Assembly: GCA_963805625.1 (NCBI GenBank) | Contig: CAWDVE010000016.1 | Location: 128,001-192,000, forward strand | Length of the DNA stretch: 64,000 nucleotides | Direction: 5' to 3' | Origin: an uncultured Candidatus Rokubacteria bacterium | GTDB taxonomy: Bacteria > Methylomirabilota > Methylomirabilia > Rokubacteriales > DASRDR01 | Shown here: piece after piece, positions 48,001 through 58,476 of the stretch | Layout: each line of letters starts with the position of its first letter | Position numbering within the stretch: position 1 is the stretch's first letter | Position numbers and translations under genes: made by a program | Notes under the pieces: generated by a model | Told to the model about the DNA's origin: nothing | Seen by the model: the letters and a program-made list of their open reading frames with translations, nothing else | Databases searched by the model: none

Positions 48001-48644
48001 ATGCAGGTGCCTTCTGTTCGACGCGTACGGCACCCTGTTCGATGTCCACTCGGTCGTGGAGGCCGGGCGGGCCGTCACGAGTGATCCCCAGGCGCTGTCC
48101 GTGCTCTGGCGGCAGAAGCAGCTCGAGTACACATGGCTCCGGAGCCTCATGGGGCGCTACGAGGACTTCTGGGCCATGACGGAGTTGGCGCTCACCTTCG
48201 CGTGCCGGCGCCTGGGGTTCGAGGTGAGCGCAGCCGAGCGGCGGCGTCTGATGGACGCCTACCTCGCGTTCGATGCCGAGGTGCGCGAGGCGCTCGTCCG
48301 GCTACGGGACCTGCCGTCATTCTCTCGAACGGCGCGCCGCGCATGCTCGAGGCGGTCGTCGCCCACAGCGGCCTCGGCGAGCACCTCCGCGCGGTCATCA
48401 GCGTCGACCAGGTGCGAACCTACAAGCCCCTTCCGGCCGTCTACGCTCTCGGTCCCGCCCGGCTCGGGCTCACCCGCGACACCATCGGCTTCGTGTCGCC
48501 GAACGCCTGGGATGTCGCCGGGGCCAAGGCGTTCGGCTTCCGGGTCGGGTCAACCGTCTGGCGGCGCCGCTCGACGAGCTCGGCGTGAGCCCGGACCTCG
48601 AGGTGCGCGACCTCACGGAGCTGGCCGAAGCGCTCGGGCGCTGA
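48001..48644 (+). pseudogene. Haloacid dehalogenase type II, multiply frameshifted
   Basis: FDAYGTLFDV and WRQKQLEYTW in one frame; ILSNG, YKP and NAWDVAGAKAFG in a second; VNR...PDLEV in a third. Confidence 0.88.
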
Positions 48645-48658
48645 GGATCGGCGGCGCG

Positions 48659-49276
48659 CTACTCACGAGCCTTGCGGGCGCGGGCGGCCTGCATCGTCTC
48701 GCGAGGCCACCTGCCGAAGCGCTCCTCGAGCCACGGATTCCCGCGCATGTGGTAGCCGTGGCCCTCCCAGAATCCGGGGCGATCCTGGTCCATCAGCTCG
48801 AACCCGGTGACCCACTTCGCGCTCTTCCAGAAGTAGAGGCGCGGGACGACCAGGCGCACCGGGCCGCCGTGCTCGGCCGGCAGGGGGCTGCCGTCGTGGT
48901 GCGTGGCGAGCACGACGTCGTCCTCGAGGAGGGCCTCGAGCGGCAGGTTGGTCGTGTAGTCGGGCTCGGCGTGGACCACGACGTAGCGGGCTCCCGGGCG
49001 GGGCCGCACCTCGGCCAGGAGGTCGCGAGGCCGGACTCCGCGCCACCGGTTGTCGAGGCGACTCCAGCGAGTCACGCAGTGGACGTCCGATTGGCTCTCC
49101 ACCGGGGGCAGGGCCGAGAACTGCATCCACGTCCATTCGCGCGGGATCTCGACGGCGCCGAAGATCCGGAATCGCCACCGGGCTGTGTCGACGCGCGGAG
49201 TGTCCCCGTACGTGAGCACCGGCCACTTGACCGTGAGGGTCTGACCGGGCGGCAGGCGCTCGTGCGGGGCGGTCAT
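48659..49276 (-). CDS. Sulfite oxidase-like molybdopterin oxidoreductase (cytoplasmic)
   Basis: RLPPGQ, DVHCVTRWS, YTTNLPL, EHGGPVRL, YFWKSAKW, GFWE..GYH. Confidence 0.93.
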   Translation of the reverse strand: MTAPHERLPPGQTLTVKWPVLTYGDTPRVDTARWRFRIFGAVEIPREWTWMQFSALPPVESQSDVHCVTRWSRLDNRWRGVRPRDLLAEVRPRPGARYVVVHAEPDYTTNLPLEALLEDDVVLATHHDGSPLPAEHGGPVRLVVPRLYFWKSAKWVTGFELMDQDRPGFWEGHGYHMRGNPWLEERFGRWPRETMQAARARKARE

Positions 49277-49295
49277 GGGTTCGGCTCGCCGCGTT

Positions 49296-50876
49296 TCAGG
49301 CCCCGCCCGGGCGAAGCGGCTCGAGGGCGGGCGGAGCCACCGGGAGAGCCCGTGGCGCCTGGCGGCGCGCGGCCGGGCCGAGCGCCGTGACGAAGATCGC
49401 CTCCTTGCCCGCTGCGTCCGGCTCGAAGAATTGCACGACCTCGTCGTCGTAGAAGGTCAGCCCCGTGGCCCCGAGCCCGAACCCGTACGCGCCGAGGTAC
49501 AGCCGGCCACCGAGGAACCCGGCGGCCAGGTTGACGGCCCGGTAGCCGCGGCTCCCCCAGCGCGCCAGAACTGGGTCGAGGTCGGAGAGGAAGAACGCGA
49601 CGGCGCTGGCGTCCGCCCCGAGCGGTTGCTCCAGGCAGAGCTCGCCGCCCTCCTGCCGGAACTCACCAGGCTTCAGGAACTGGAGGGCCCGCGCCTCCGG
49701 ATCCCACACATAGGCGCCCGAGGCGAGGTCCTCGACGGCGTGGATCAGAAGGTAGGTCTCGACGAGGGCGTCGGTCTGGCCGAGGTCGAGCGGGAGCGGG
49801 CGCAGGGCCGCGTCCAGGATCGCCTTGAGCCGGGTGCCCGCGATCAGGTCCCGCCGGAACTCCCGGGTCGATCCCCGCCGGAGGATCGTCTCGCCGAGCG
49901 CCAGGGACGGCTCGCGCACCGGGGCGCCGGGGCCGGAGGCCGCTTCCTCGGCGTGGGCGAGCCAAGCCCGCGCCGCCGCCCCGTCCGGAAGGCTCGAGGC
50001 CTCGTAGGCTGCGCGAACCAGCGGGTAGTCGTCCTCGTGCGGCGAGAGAGGCAGCGAGGGGAGCGCAAGCGGCGGGGCCGCGGGGCTCGGTGGGGCAGGC
50101 CCGGCCCCACGGCCGAGCGGCACCAGGGTGAGACTGCCCTCCTGGGCCGCGTCGAAGCCGAGGAGGGCGTTCACCAGGGGATCCGCGAACCCGAGCAGCA
50201 CCCGGGCCGGGACGTCAATGGCCACTGCGGTCGCGAGGAGGTTCGCCAGCAAGGTGCCGGCGTCCCAGAAGAAATGCCGGAACGCCCGCGACCGGTACTT
50301 CCAGGTGTTCCGCCAGTGAATCGCCGTGAGGATCGCAGTGGCCGGCGCGTCCGCGACGAGGTCTCCCCGGCCCGTCGCCTCCGCGAGCGCCGCGCGGTGA
50401 TCGCCCGCGCGGAGGCGACGCAGCATGAAGTCCCCGGGACAGAAGTGGTAGACGCCCGGTTCGAGCCCCGCGACGGTCCCGGCCACGACGTAGACCTCGG
50501 TCTGATAGAGAGCGCCGGTCGACGCCGCCGCGCGGAAGTGGATGGTCTCGCCGCCAGGGTAGACCTTCCGTTTGGTGAGCCCCGCCGAGAAGAAGAGGAG
50601 CTGCGCCAGGGCGATGATGTCGATGACCGCCTGCCCGGTCGACACGGCCCCGCGCGCGACCGCCTCGAGAGCAGGGAGCGTGGGCGGCGGCACCTCTCGG
50701 GGCAGCGGCACCGCCGGCGCGTCGGGGTATACCTTGAAGAGGAAGGGCTTGTTCGCCCAGTCGAGCGCGTGGCGATCGCTCCGGACGCTCGCTCGCGAGT
50801 GCTTCGTCGCCCGATGATAGGCGCGGGCGTCGCCAGGGCTCTCCGGGATCCGGCCCGTCGGGGCCGGGTGGGTCAC
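49296..50876 (-). CDS. SagB/ThcOx-family double nitroreductase
   Basis: YHRATKHS, RAAASTGALY, WKYRSRAFR, RRGSTREF, LGATGLTFYDDEV; GTG overlaps upstream stop. Confidence 0.9.
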   Translation of the reverse strand: MTHPAPTGRIPESPGDARAYHRATKHSRASVRSDRHALDWANKPFLFKVYPDAPAVPLPREVPPPTLPALEAVARGAVSTGQAVIDIIALAQLLFFSAGLTKRKVYPGGETIHFRAAASTGALYQTEVYVVAGTVAGLEPGVYHFCPGDFMLRRLRAGDHRAALAEATGRGDLVADAPATAILTAIHWRNTWKYRSRAFRHFFWDAGTLLANLLATAVAIDVPARVLLGFADPLVNALLGFDAAQEGSLTLVPLGRGAGPAPPSPAAPPLALPSLPLSPHEDDYPLVRAAYEASSLPDGAAARAWLAHAEEAASGPGAPVREPSLALGETILRRGSTREFRRDLIAGTRLKAILDAALRPLPLDLGQTDALVETYLLIHAVEDLASGAYVWDPEARALQFLKPGEFRQEGGELCLEQPLGADASAVAFFLSDLDPVLARWGSRGYRAVNLAAGFLGGRLYLGAYGFGLGATGLTFYDDEVVQFFEPDAAGKEAIFVTALGPAARRQAPRALPVAPPALEPLRPGGA

Positions 50877-51139
50877 CCGCGGAGTCGCGGCCGTGGCGCC
50901 GGCCCTGCGCCCGGGGAACGCGGCTTGACTGCGGCCGCGGCCGCGCGGGACGTCTCTCGGAACGCGGTAGGATCGCGGTCTACCTTCCCCCCGACCGGCG
51001 TGCCGCACTGCTGGCACACGTAGTCGTACTTGTTGCCGGTCGGCAAGACCAGGAGGAGCTTCTTGCGGACCGGCACTGCGCGGCGGCAAGTGGCGCAGAA
51101 CAGGCTCTCGGCCTCGAACTCGCGGTAGGCGTCGGTCAT
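50873..51139 (-). CDS. Small Zn-ribbon protein
   Basis: LFCATCRRAVPVRKKLLLVLP...YVCQQCG; TACAAT box 7 nt before ATG (leaderless). Confidence 0.85.
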   Translation of the reverse strand: MTDAYREFEAESLFCATCRRAVPVRKKLLLVLPTGNKYDYVCQQCGTPVGGKVDRDPTAFRETSRAAAAAVKPRSPGAGPAPRPRLRG

Positions 51140-51211
51140 GAGTTCATTGTAGCCCGGTCGCGCGCGCTCCGCCGCCGGCCGCTACCGGATGCCTCCCGTG
51201 GCCCGCGCTCC

Positions 51212-51685
51212 TCAGCTCTGGCGTGGGGTCAGGGCGAGCATCCGGAGCGGCGACCCCGAGGCTCCGCGGATGCGAAGGGGCGGGACCACGAGGCAGAAGA
51301 GGTGGACGCGGGCCGTGCCGAGCTCCTCCAGGTTTGCGTTCTCCACGAGGTAGATGCCGTTGTCCGCGATCATGAGCATGTGGACGGGGAAGAGCTCCTT
51401 GCCGTTGACGGCGGGCCGCACCTCGTAGGTCGCGGTGTCCGTGCCGGTGAGCCGCGCGCCCTGGGCGACCAGCCACCGCCCCGCATCCACGCCTGGCCCG
51501 GGGGCCCGGGTGACTTCTCGCCTAGATAGCGGGCGTTGTCCTAGGAATGTCCGGCGAGAGACGTCTCCCCCCGGGCCATCGGGCTCCACGCCGGGGCCCT
51601 GGGGACGGCCGTCAGCCTGCAGGCTCCCCGGGTCGTGTCGTTCCGCGCTGGGACTACCTGAGCTGCGCCCGGTCTCTGTGCTCAT
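51212..51685 (-). pseudogene. Cyclase/kynurenine formamidase remnant: Tat-like leader fused to C-terminal half
   Basis: SRRTFL joined to PGPGVDAGRWL, GTDT, PVH, GIYLVEN, PLRIRGASGSP; HxGTHxD motif absent. Confidence 0.75.
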
Positions 51686-51732
51686 GTCGTCCCCCTCCGA
51701 GATCGGCCGGCGCCGGAGCTGGCCTGGACGGT

Positions 51733-52287
51733 TCAGAACCCTCGGCCCCCGATCAGGCGCACCACCACCAGGCCGAAGACGAGGAGCCCCACGGCAGCGG
51801 CGACGAGCGTGCGCCAGTCGCCCAGACCCACCAGGCGCTTCTCCTGTGCCTTCGACCGCGCCCGCGCGGGCAGGAGCATCTGGGCCGTCGTCGCGGGAGC
51901 GAGGCGGAGCAGCGGCGGCGCGACCCCGAGCCCGTGGATGCCCTGGCGCGCGACTTCCGCCTCATCCGCCGTGAGCGCTAGGAAGGTGACGAACGTGCCG
52001 TGCTCGAGATCCTCCTGGACCTCAGTCAGGCCGTGAGCGGGCGCTCGCTCGACGACCCACCGGGCGACGCGGTAGCGGAGCCTCTCATCGACCAGCGGGC
52101 TGAAGGACAGCGCGTAGGCCTGCTTGGTGCCCGGCGGGGCTGCGTCAGGCGTGGCGGCGGCCGGCACTGGCGCCGCGCCCGCGCCATTGCCGTCGCGGGG
52201 AGTGAGGCTCGGGGTGACCCGCGCCCCGCACGCCATGCAGAAGACGCTCTGGTCCGGGACTGCCGTCCGGCACTTCGGGCACGTCAC
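51733..52287 (-). CDS. Zinc-ribbon domain membrane protein
   Basis: CPKC...FCMACG N-terminus; C-terminal TM helix. Confidence 0.8.
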   Translation of the reverse strand: MTCPKCRTAVPDQSVFCMACGARVTPSLTPRDGNGAGAAPVPAAATPDAAPPGTKQAYALSFSPLVDERLRYRVARWVVERAPAHGLTEVQEDLEHGTFVTFLALTADEAEVARQGIHGLGVAPPLLRLAPATTAQMLLPARARSKAQEKRLVGLGDWRTLVAAAVGLLVFGLVVVRLIGGRGF

Positions 52288-52306
52288 GGCCGGTTCGCCG
52301 AGCCGG

Positions 52307-53653
<1,347 letters not shown>

Positions 53654-53707
53654 GGTCGCCTCCCGGAGGTCAAGGCCTCGCTGCGTCGTGTGGCCGCGGT
53701 CAGGGTA

Positions 53708-53929
53708 TCACGCCCCGGCGGCGTGGATGAGGTTCGGCAGGCCCTCGAGCCACTCGGCGAGCGGCACATCGGCGTCGAGGACGATCTCGAGCTTGCCGCT
53801 CGGCAGGCGGCGCACCCGCCCTGGCCGCCCGGGCGAGAGCGGGATGACGAGCGCCTCGCGAGAGATGCCGAGGGCGTCGGTCACGGCGAAGACCGCCTGG
53901 ATCTCGGCCAGGGCAACCCGCTCGAGCAT
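53708..53929 (-). CDS. Small hypothetical protein
   Basis: 73-aa ORF with coding-like codon bias, co-oriented with neighbours. Confidence 0.65.
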   Translation of the reverse strand: MLERVALAEIQAVFAVTDALGISREALVIPLSPGRPGRVRRLPSGKLEIVLDADVPLAEWLEGLPNLIHAAGA

Positions 53930-53954
53930 GGCAACTGCTTCCTGCCGTCCCGTC

Positions 53955-54716
53955 TCAGGGCCGCCGGCGGAGGGCGGCGGTGGCTCCGCCGGGGATCGCC
54001 GGCAGCATCGCCTGGAACCAGATGTCCGCCATCACCCGGTAACCCTGCTCGTTCGGGTGGAGCGGATCGCGATCCGGGCTGATGCCGAACAGCGAGCGGT
54101 CGTTCATGCCATCGTAGATCTCGGCGAGGGCGATGTTCTCGGCCGAGGCGAAAGCGCGGACATTGGAGCTGATCTGGCTCGCCGCGTTCTGAGCGCACGG
54201 ATCGTGCCGGAAGTTCGGCGTGATCGTCCCAATGATCGGGATTACCTTGCTCGCCTTCGCGATCTGGACCATCTGACGGAGGTTGTTGGCGACGACGGTC
54301 GCGTCGAAGCAGTTGGTGGCGTCGTTGGCCCCCTCCATGATGAGGACGAAGCCCGACTTGTCGATCGCCAGTACTGACTGCAGGCGGCTAAGGCCCTGCG
54401 CTGTCTCCTCCCCGCCCACGCCGCGGTTGACGACGGTCCACGCCGGGTCCAGGCCGCGCAGGCGCGCCTGGAGCTGGCTCGGGTAGTTGTTGCCGGTGGT
54501 GAGGCGAAGGCCCCGGCGCTTCAGCTCGAGGACGCCCTGCGTGATGCTGTCCCCGAACGCCGTCACCTTCTTGGAATTGTTGATCCCGAAGTCGATGTCG
54601 GACGCCGTCTGCGACGAGGAGGTTGTCGAGCTGCTCTTGCCCCCCCCGCAGCCGGCGGCGGCGAGGAGGGCGATTCCAAGACAGACGTTGCGGACGAGAC
54701 GCGAGCGGCGGGTCAT
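53955..54716 (-). CDS. SGNH/GDSL hydrolase lipoprotein
   Basis: Lipobox AAAGC; FGDSIT, NRGVGG, EGAND, DPLHPN. Confidence 0.92.
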   Translation of the reverse strand: MTRRSRLVRNVCLGIALLAAAGCGGGKSSSTTSSSQTASDIDFGINNSKKVTAFGDSITQGVLELKRRGLRLTTGNNYPSQLQARLRGLDPAWTVVNRGVGGEETAQGLSRLQSVLAIDKSGFVLIMEGANDATNCFDATVVANNLRQMVQIAKASKVIPIIGTITPNFRHDPCAQNAASQISSNVRAFASAENIALAEIYDGMNDRSLFGISPDRDPLHPNEQGYRVMADIWFQAMLPAIPGGATAALRRRP

Positions 54717-55720
54717 GAGGTGCCTCCAGAGATGATCTCGCGAACAGTGTACACAGGCTTTCGCTGGGACTCGTGGTAGGTGCGGACCAGCATCTCGCCC
54801 AGGAGCCCGATCGACACGAACTGGAAGCCGACGAGGACGAGAAGCACGGCGAGCAGGAGGAGCGGGCGATTGGCCAGGCCCACCCCGTGGAAGATCTTCT
54901 GGTACGAGAGCACCGCGCCGACCCCGATGCCGAGCCCTCCCAGCACTAGGCCGAGGAGCCCGAAGATCTGGATCGGACGAGTCCAGTAGCTCATCAGAAA
55001 CTTGACCGTGAGGAGGTCTAGCAAGACACGTACCATCCGTCCCAGTCCGTACTTTGACACCCCGCGACGCCGTGGCCAGTGGCCGACTGGCAGCTCGCCG
55101 ACGGTGGCGCCCACCCAGCGGCAGAGAGCGGGCAAAAAGCGGTGCATCTCACCATACAGGGCCACGTCCTGGAGGATCTCGCGGCGGTACACCTTGAGGG
55201 CGCACCCGTAGTCGTGGAGGCGAACGCCCGTAATCCACGAGATCAAGGCGTTGGCGAACCGTGAGGGGAGTCGGCGCGACCAGAAGGGGTCCTGCCGGTC
55301 GTGGCGCCAGCCGCTCACGACGTCATACCCCTCCTTGAGCTTGTCGACCAGCCTTGGGATGTCCGCCGGGTCATTCTGACCGTCGCCGTCGAGAGTGATG
55401 ATGAACGCACCGCGGGCCAGGTCGAAGCCGGCGGCCAGCGCGGCTGTCTGGCCAAAGTTCGTCCGGAGCTGCACGACGCGGAGCGCTGGCAGCTCGACCG
55501 TGAGCTCGCGAAGGCGCGGGCGCGTTGCGTCCGTCGATCCGTCGTCGACGACGATCACCTCGTAGGGCTGCCCTAGGCTCTCCATGACATCCCGCAGGCT
55601 CACAAGCAGCGGGCGGACGTTGTCTTCCTCGTTGTAGACCGGGATGACGACGGAGAACGCGATCCCCATCAGACGGCCTTGATCGGGCGGCCGCTGGCCA
55701 GTGGCCGCCTGGAGGCTCAT
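54713..55720 (-). CDS. Glycosyltransferase family 2 (ArnC/polyprenyl-phosphate glycosyltransferase-like)
   Basis: SVVIPVYNEE, VDDGSTD, NFGQTAA, LDGDGQNDP, HRFLP; two C-terminal TMs; start 55720 or 55669. Confidence 0.93.
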   Translation of the reverse strand: MSLQAATGQRPPDQGRLMGIAFSVVIPVYNEEDNVRPLLVSLRDVMESLGQPYEVIVVDDGSTDATRPRLRELTVELPALRVVQLRTNFGQTAALAAGFDLARGAFIITLDGDGQNDPADIPRLVDKLKEGYDVVSGWRHDRQDPFWSRRLPSRFANALISWITGVRLHDYGCALKVYRREILQDVALYGEMHRFLPALCRWVGATVGELPVGHWPRRRGVSKYGLGRMVRVLLDLLTVKFLMSYWTRPIQIFGLLGLVLGGLGIGVGAVLSYQKIFHGVGLANRPLLLLAVLLVLVGFQFVSIGLLGEMLVRTYHESQRKPVYTVREIISGGTS

Positions 55721-56691
55721 GCGCTCTTGCCCCCGGCCGTTCGGAGCTCGCCCAGGGTGAGATTGAGGGCGCTCAGGTACGCGAGACCCACGAGGGTGAT
55801 CGGGATGTAATTCGCCAGGTGGTAGACGATCGACAGCGAGAGCGCGGTCTCGCGGGCGACGCCGACCAGGGCCAGACCCTGGACGGTACCCGCCTGGAAG
55901 GGGCCGATGTAGCCCGGCGCCGACGGCAGCACGAGGGCGACCGCAATCACCCCGAGCAGGAGGAAGGAGGCGTAGGGAGGCAAGTCGAGCGTGAAGGCGC
56001 GGAAGGTAGCCTCGACGCCTGCGGCGTTGACAACCCAGATCACGATCGACAGAACCGCTGTGAGCACGAGGGCCCGGGTGTCGCTCAGGACGTCGAGCCC
56101 GGCCCGGAATGACTCGAGAAGATGCTGTGCCGGGCCGGCCAGACGGTGGGGAAGCCAGGCGAGCGCCGCGGTCAGGAGTCCCATTCCGCGTTCCGTGCGG
56201 AGCAGCACCAGGCCGACGAGGATCCCCAGGTACAGGACGCACATCAGGGCAGCCGCCCAGAAGAGGGTCCGGCTCGGCCGGAGGAATGACAGCCCACCCA
56301 CCAGGAACAAGAGGAGCGTGAAGCCGTCGAAGATCCGCTCGATCACGATCGTCGCGAACGGCAGGGACGGCGGGAGCGCCTCCGATCGGCCGAGGGCGTA
56401 CGCGCGCACGAACTCACCCAGCCGGGCCGGGAGGACGTTGTTGGCCATGAAGCCGATCATCGTGATGGCGAACAGGCGGTGGACGCCCACCCGCTTCACC
56501 GGCCGGAGGAGCACTTGCCAGCGGAGGGCGGTCAGCCAGAACCGGAGGAAGATCGACACGATCACCGGGACCAGCCAGCCGGGGCGCACCTGGCGGAGCT
56601 GCTGGAGGACCTCGTCCAGGCTGACCCCCCGGACGGCCACCCAAAGGAGCACCGCACTGACAGCCACGCCGAGCCAGACCTTGCCACGCAT
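55717..56691 (-). CDS. Lysylphosphatidylglycerol synthase TM / UPF0104 flippase-like protein
   Basis: RWQVLL, GFMANNVLPARLGE, ERIFD, PSAPGYIGP. Confidence 0.92.
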   Translation of the reverse strand: MRGKVWLGVAVSAVLLWVAVRGVSLDEVLQQLRQVRPGWLVPVIVSIFLRFWLTALRWQVLLRPVKRVGVHRLFAITMIGFMANNVLPARLGEFVRAYALGRSEALPPSLPFATIVIERIFDGFTLLLFLVGGLSFLRPSRTLFWAAALMCVLYLGILVGLVLLRTERGMGLLTAALAWLPHRLAGPAQHLLESFRAGLDVLSDTRALVLTAVLSIVIWVVNAAGVEATFRAFTLDLPPYASFLLLGVIAVALVLPSAPGYIGPFQAGTVQGLALVGVARETALSLSIVYHLANYIPITLVGLAYLSALNLTLGELRTAGGKSA

Positions 56692-56792
56692 CGCTCACCG
56701 CGCGGGGCGCAGGTAGACCTTCATCCCGGGACGCCCCCGGGGAGGCGCCGGCGCGAGCCCCCTCTGTGCCTGGGCGTCCGAGCGCGTCACAG

Positions 56793-56812
56793 CCGGGGGA
56801 GTATACCCCCGG
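56793..56812 (-). promoter_or_regulatory. Inverted repeat centred on a TATACT -10 box
   Basis: CCGGGGG-AGTATA-CCCCCGG. Confidence 0.45.
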
Positions 56813-56868
56813 TTCACAGGGCCGGCAACTGACGGCCCCCGAGGCCTCAGCCCGCCCCCGGGCCGGGC

Positions 56869-58311
56869 TCAGACCCGGCGGGCCACCGCGACGAGGGACA
56901 GCCCGAATGGCAAGGGAAGGGCCGCCTCGGCCCGAAGGAGCGGAACCAGGAGGTTCTGGAGGTGGAGCTGGAAGCCCGGGACCTGGGTCCGTCGCAGGAT
57001 CACGCTGTTCAGGTACCAGCCGAGGACGCCCATGCGGTTGAAGAATTGCATCGACTCGACGTGGAAGCCGGCTTCCTCGAGCTTCGCGGCGAGCCCGGGC
57101 CGCTCGTACCGGCGGTGGTGATCGATCGCGCGGTCGATCGTCCCGTAGAGCCGCTGGTGGGCCGGGACCAGGAGCAGCAGGCATCCTCCCGGCGTCAGCG
57201 ACGCGTGCAGGCGGCGGAGCGCTTCGCGATCGTTCTCGACGTGCTCGAGGACGTTGAGGCAGAGGATCGTGTCCAGATTCCGCGCGGCGAGGGGGGCCGG
57301 ATCGAAGTCCGTGAGGTCGAGCGGCATCACCTCCACGCGCGTGTGCCGCTCGAAGGTATTTCCGAGAATGCGCAGATAGCGCGGATTGAGGTCGGTCGCC
57401 ACGATGAGGTCGCGCCCCACCAGGTAGCGCGTGAAATTCCCGATCCCGGAGCCGACCTCGAGGACACGCCGCCCCAGCCAGGGGGCCAGCTGCTGGAGCA
57501 TCCATCGGTTGTACCGCTCGGCCCTGGCCAGACGCAGGAGGGTCTTGTAGCCGGGATCCGCGTTTTCCTGGTCGTCGACGAACGCGTAGCGAAGGATCGT
57601 CCAGAGAGCCACGACCCCGTCCGTCCAGCGGATCTTCTTGCCTTCCCAGTAGGCCCGCCCGGCGTACGAGATCGGCACCTCGTAGATCCGGGCGTGCACC
57701 TTGGCAAGCTTGGCGGTGAGCTCTGGTTCCACGCCGAAGCGGCTCGACCGGATGGGGATACTCTTGATGATGTCGGCGCGGAAGACCTTGTAGCCCGTCT
57801 CCATGTCCGTGAGGTTCAGGTTCGTGACCATGTTGGAGAAGAGGGTGAGGAGCTTGTTCGCTACGTGATGCCAGAAGTACAGGACGCGGCGGGGGGTGCC
57901 CGTGAAGCGCGACCCGTAGACGACGTCCGCCTTGCCCTCGAGGATCGGCGCCAAGAGCTTCGGATAGTCGCGGGGGTCGTACTCGAGATCCGCGTCCTGG
58001 ACCAGCACGATGTCCCCGGTCGCCTCCGCGAAGCCGCGCCGGAGGGCGGCGCCCTTCCCCTGGTTGGGCTCCTGGTAGTAGATCCGGATCTCGTTCTTTT
58101 CGTCGGCGGTCCCGAGGCGCCGCGTCTCCGCGAGCTCGGCCTCGAGCCGGCGGAGGTAGTCCCGCGTGCCGTCCGTGGAGCAATCGTCGACGATGACGAT
58201 CTCCTTGGGGATGGTGACCGTCTGGACGCGCTCCAGGATCTCGGGGAGCGTGAGACGCTCGTTGTAGACGGGGACGACGACGGACAGGCGCGTGGAGGGG
58301 TTGTGTCCCAC
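56869..58311 (-). CDS. GT2 glycosyltransferase fused to class I SAM-dependent methyltransferase
   Basis: [33 protein letters not shown]; [21 protein letters not shown]. Confidence 0.93.
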   Translation of the reverse strand: MGHNPSTRLSVVVPVYNERLTLPEILERVQTVTIPKEIVIVDDCSTDGTRDYLRRLEAELAETRRLGTADEKNEIRIYYQEPNQGKGAALRRGFAEATGDIVLVQDADLEYDPRDYPKLLAPILEGKADVVYGSRFTGTPRRVLYFWHHVANKLLTLFSNMVTNLNLTDMETGYKVFRADIIKSIPIRSSRFGVEPELTAKLAKVHARIYEVPISYAGRAYWEGKKIRWTDGVVALWTILRYAFVDDQENADPGYKTLLRLARAERYNRWMLQQLAPWLGRRVLEVGSGIGNFTRYLVGRDLIVATDLNPRYLRILGNTFERHTRVEVMPLDLTDFDPAPLAARNLDTILCLNVLEHVENDREALRRLHASLTPGGCLLLLVPAHQRLYGTIDRAIDHHRRYERPGLAAKLEEAGFHVESMQFFNRMGVLGWYLNSVILRRTQVPGFQLHLQNLLVPLLRAEAALPLPFGLSLVAVARRV

Positions 58312-58319
58312 CGCCGGGC

Positions 58320-58328
58320 ATTATAGCA
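58320..58328 (-). promoter_or_regulatory. Extended -10 promoter, near-leaderless
   Basis: TGCTATAAT ending 9 nt before GTG 58311. Confidence 0.65.
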
Positions 58329-58476
58329 GGCGACGTGTCGCGTTGACGTTGCGGCGACCCGTTCTATAGGGGCCGCATGATTCGGAGCGGTCGGCGTCCG
58401 GATCCGGCCGGCCGCCCCCGCGCCCACCTGGGCGATCGCTGAGATCACCGCCTTCGAGTGAGCGGCGCCCGCCGGA

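Noticed and set aside
48001-48644. Programmed frameshifting in the HAD gene
   Set aside because: Several independent indels plus loss of conserved residues indicate decay, and no slippery heptamer is evident.
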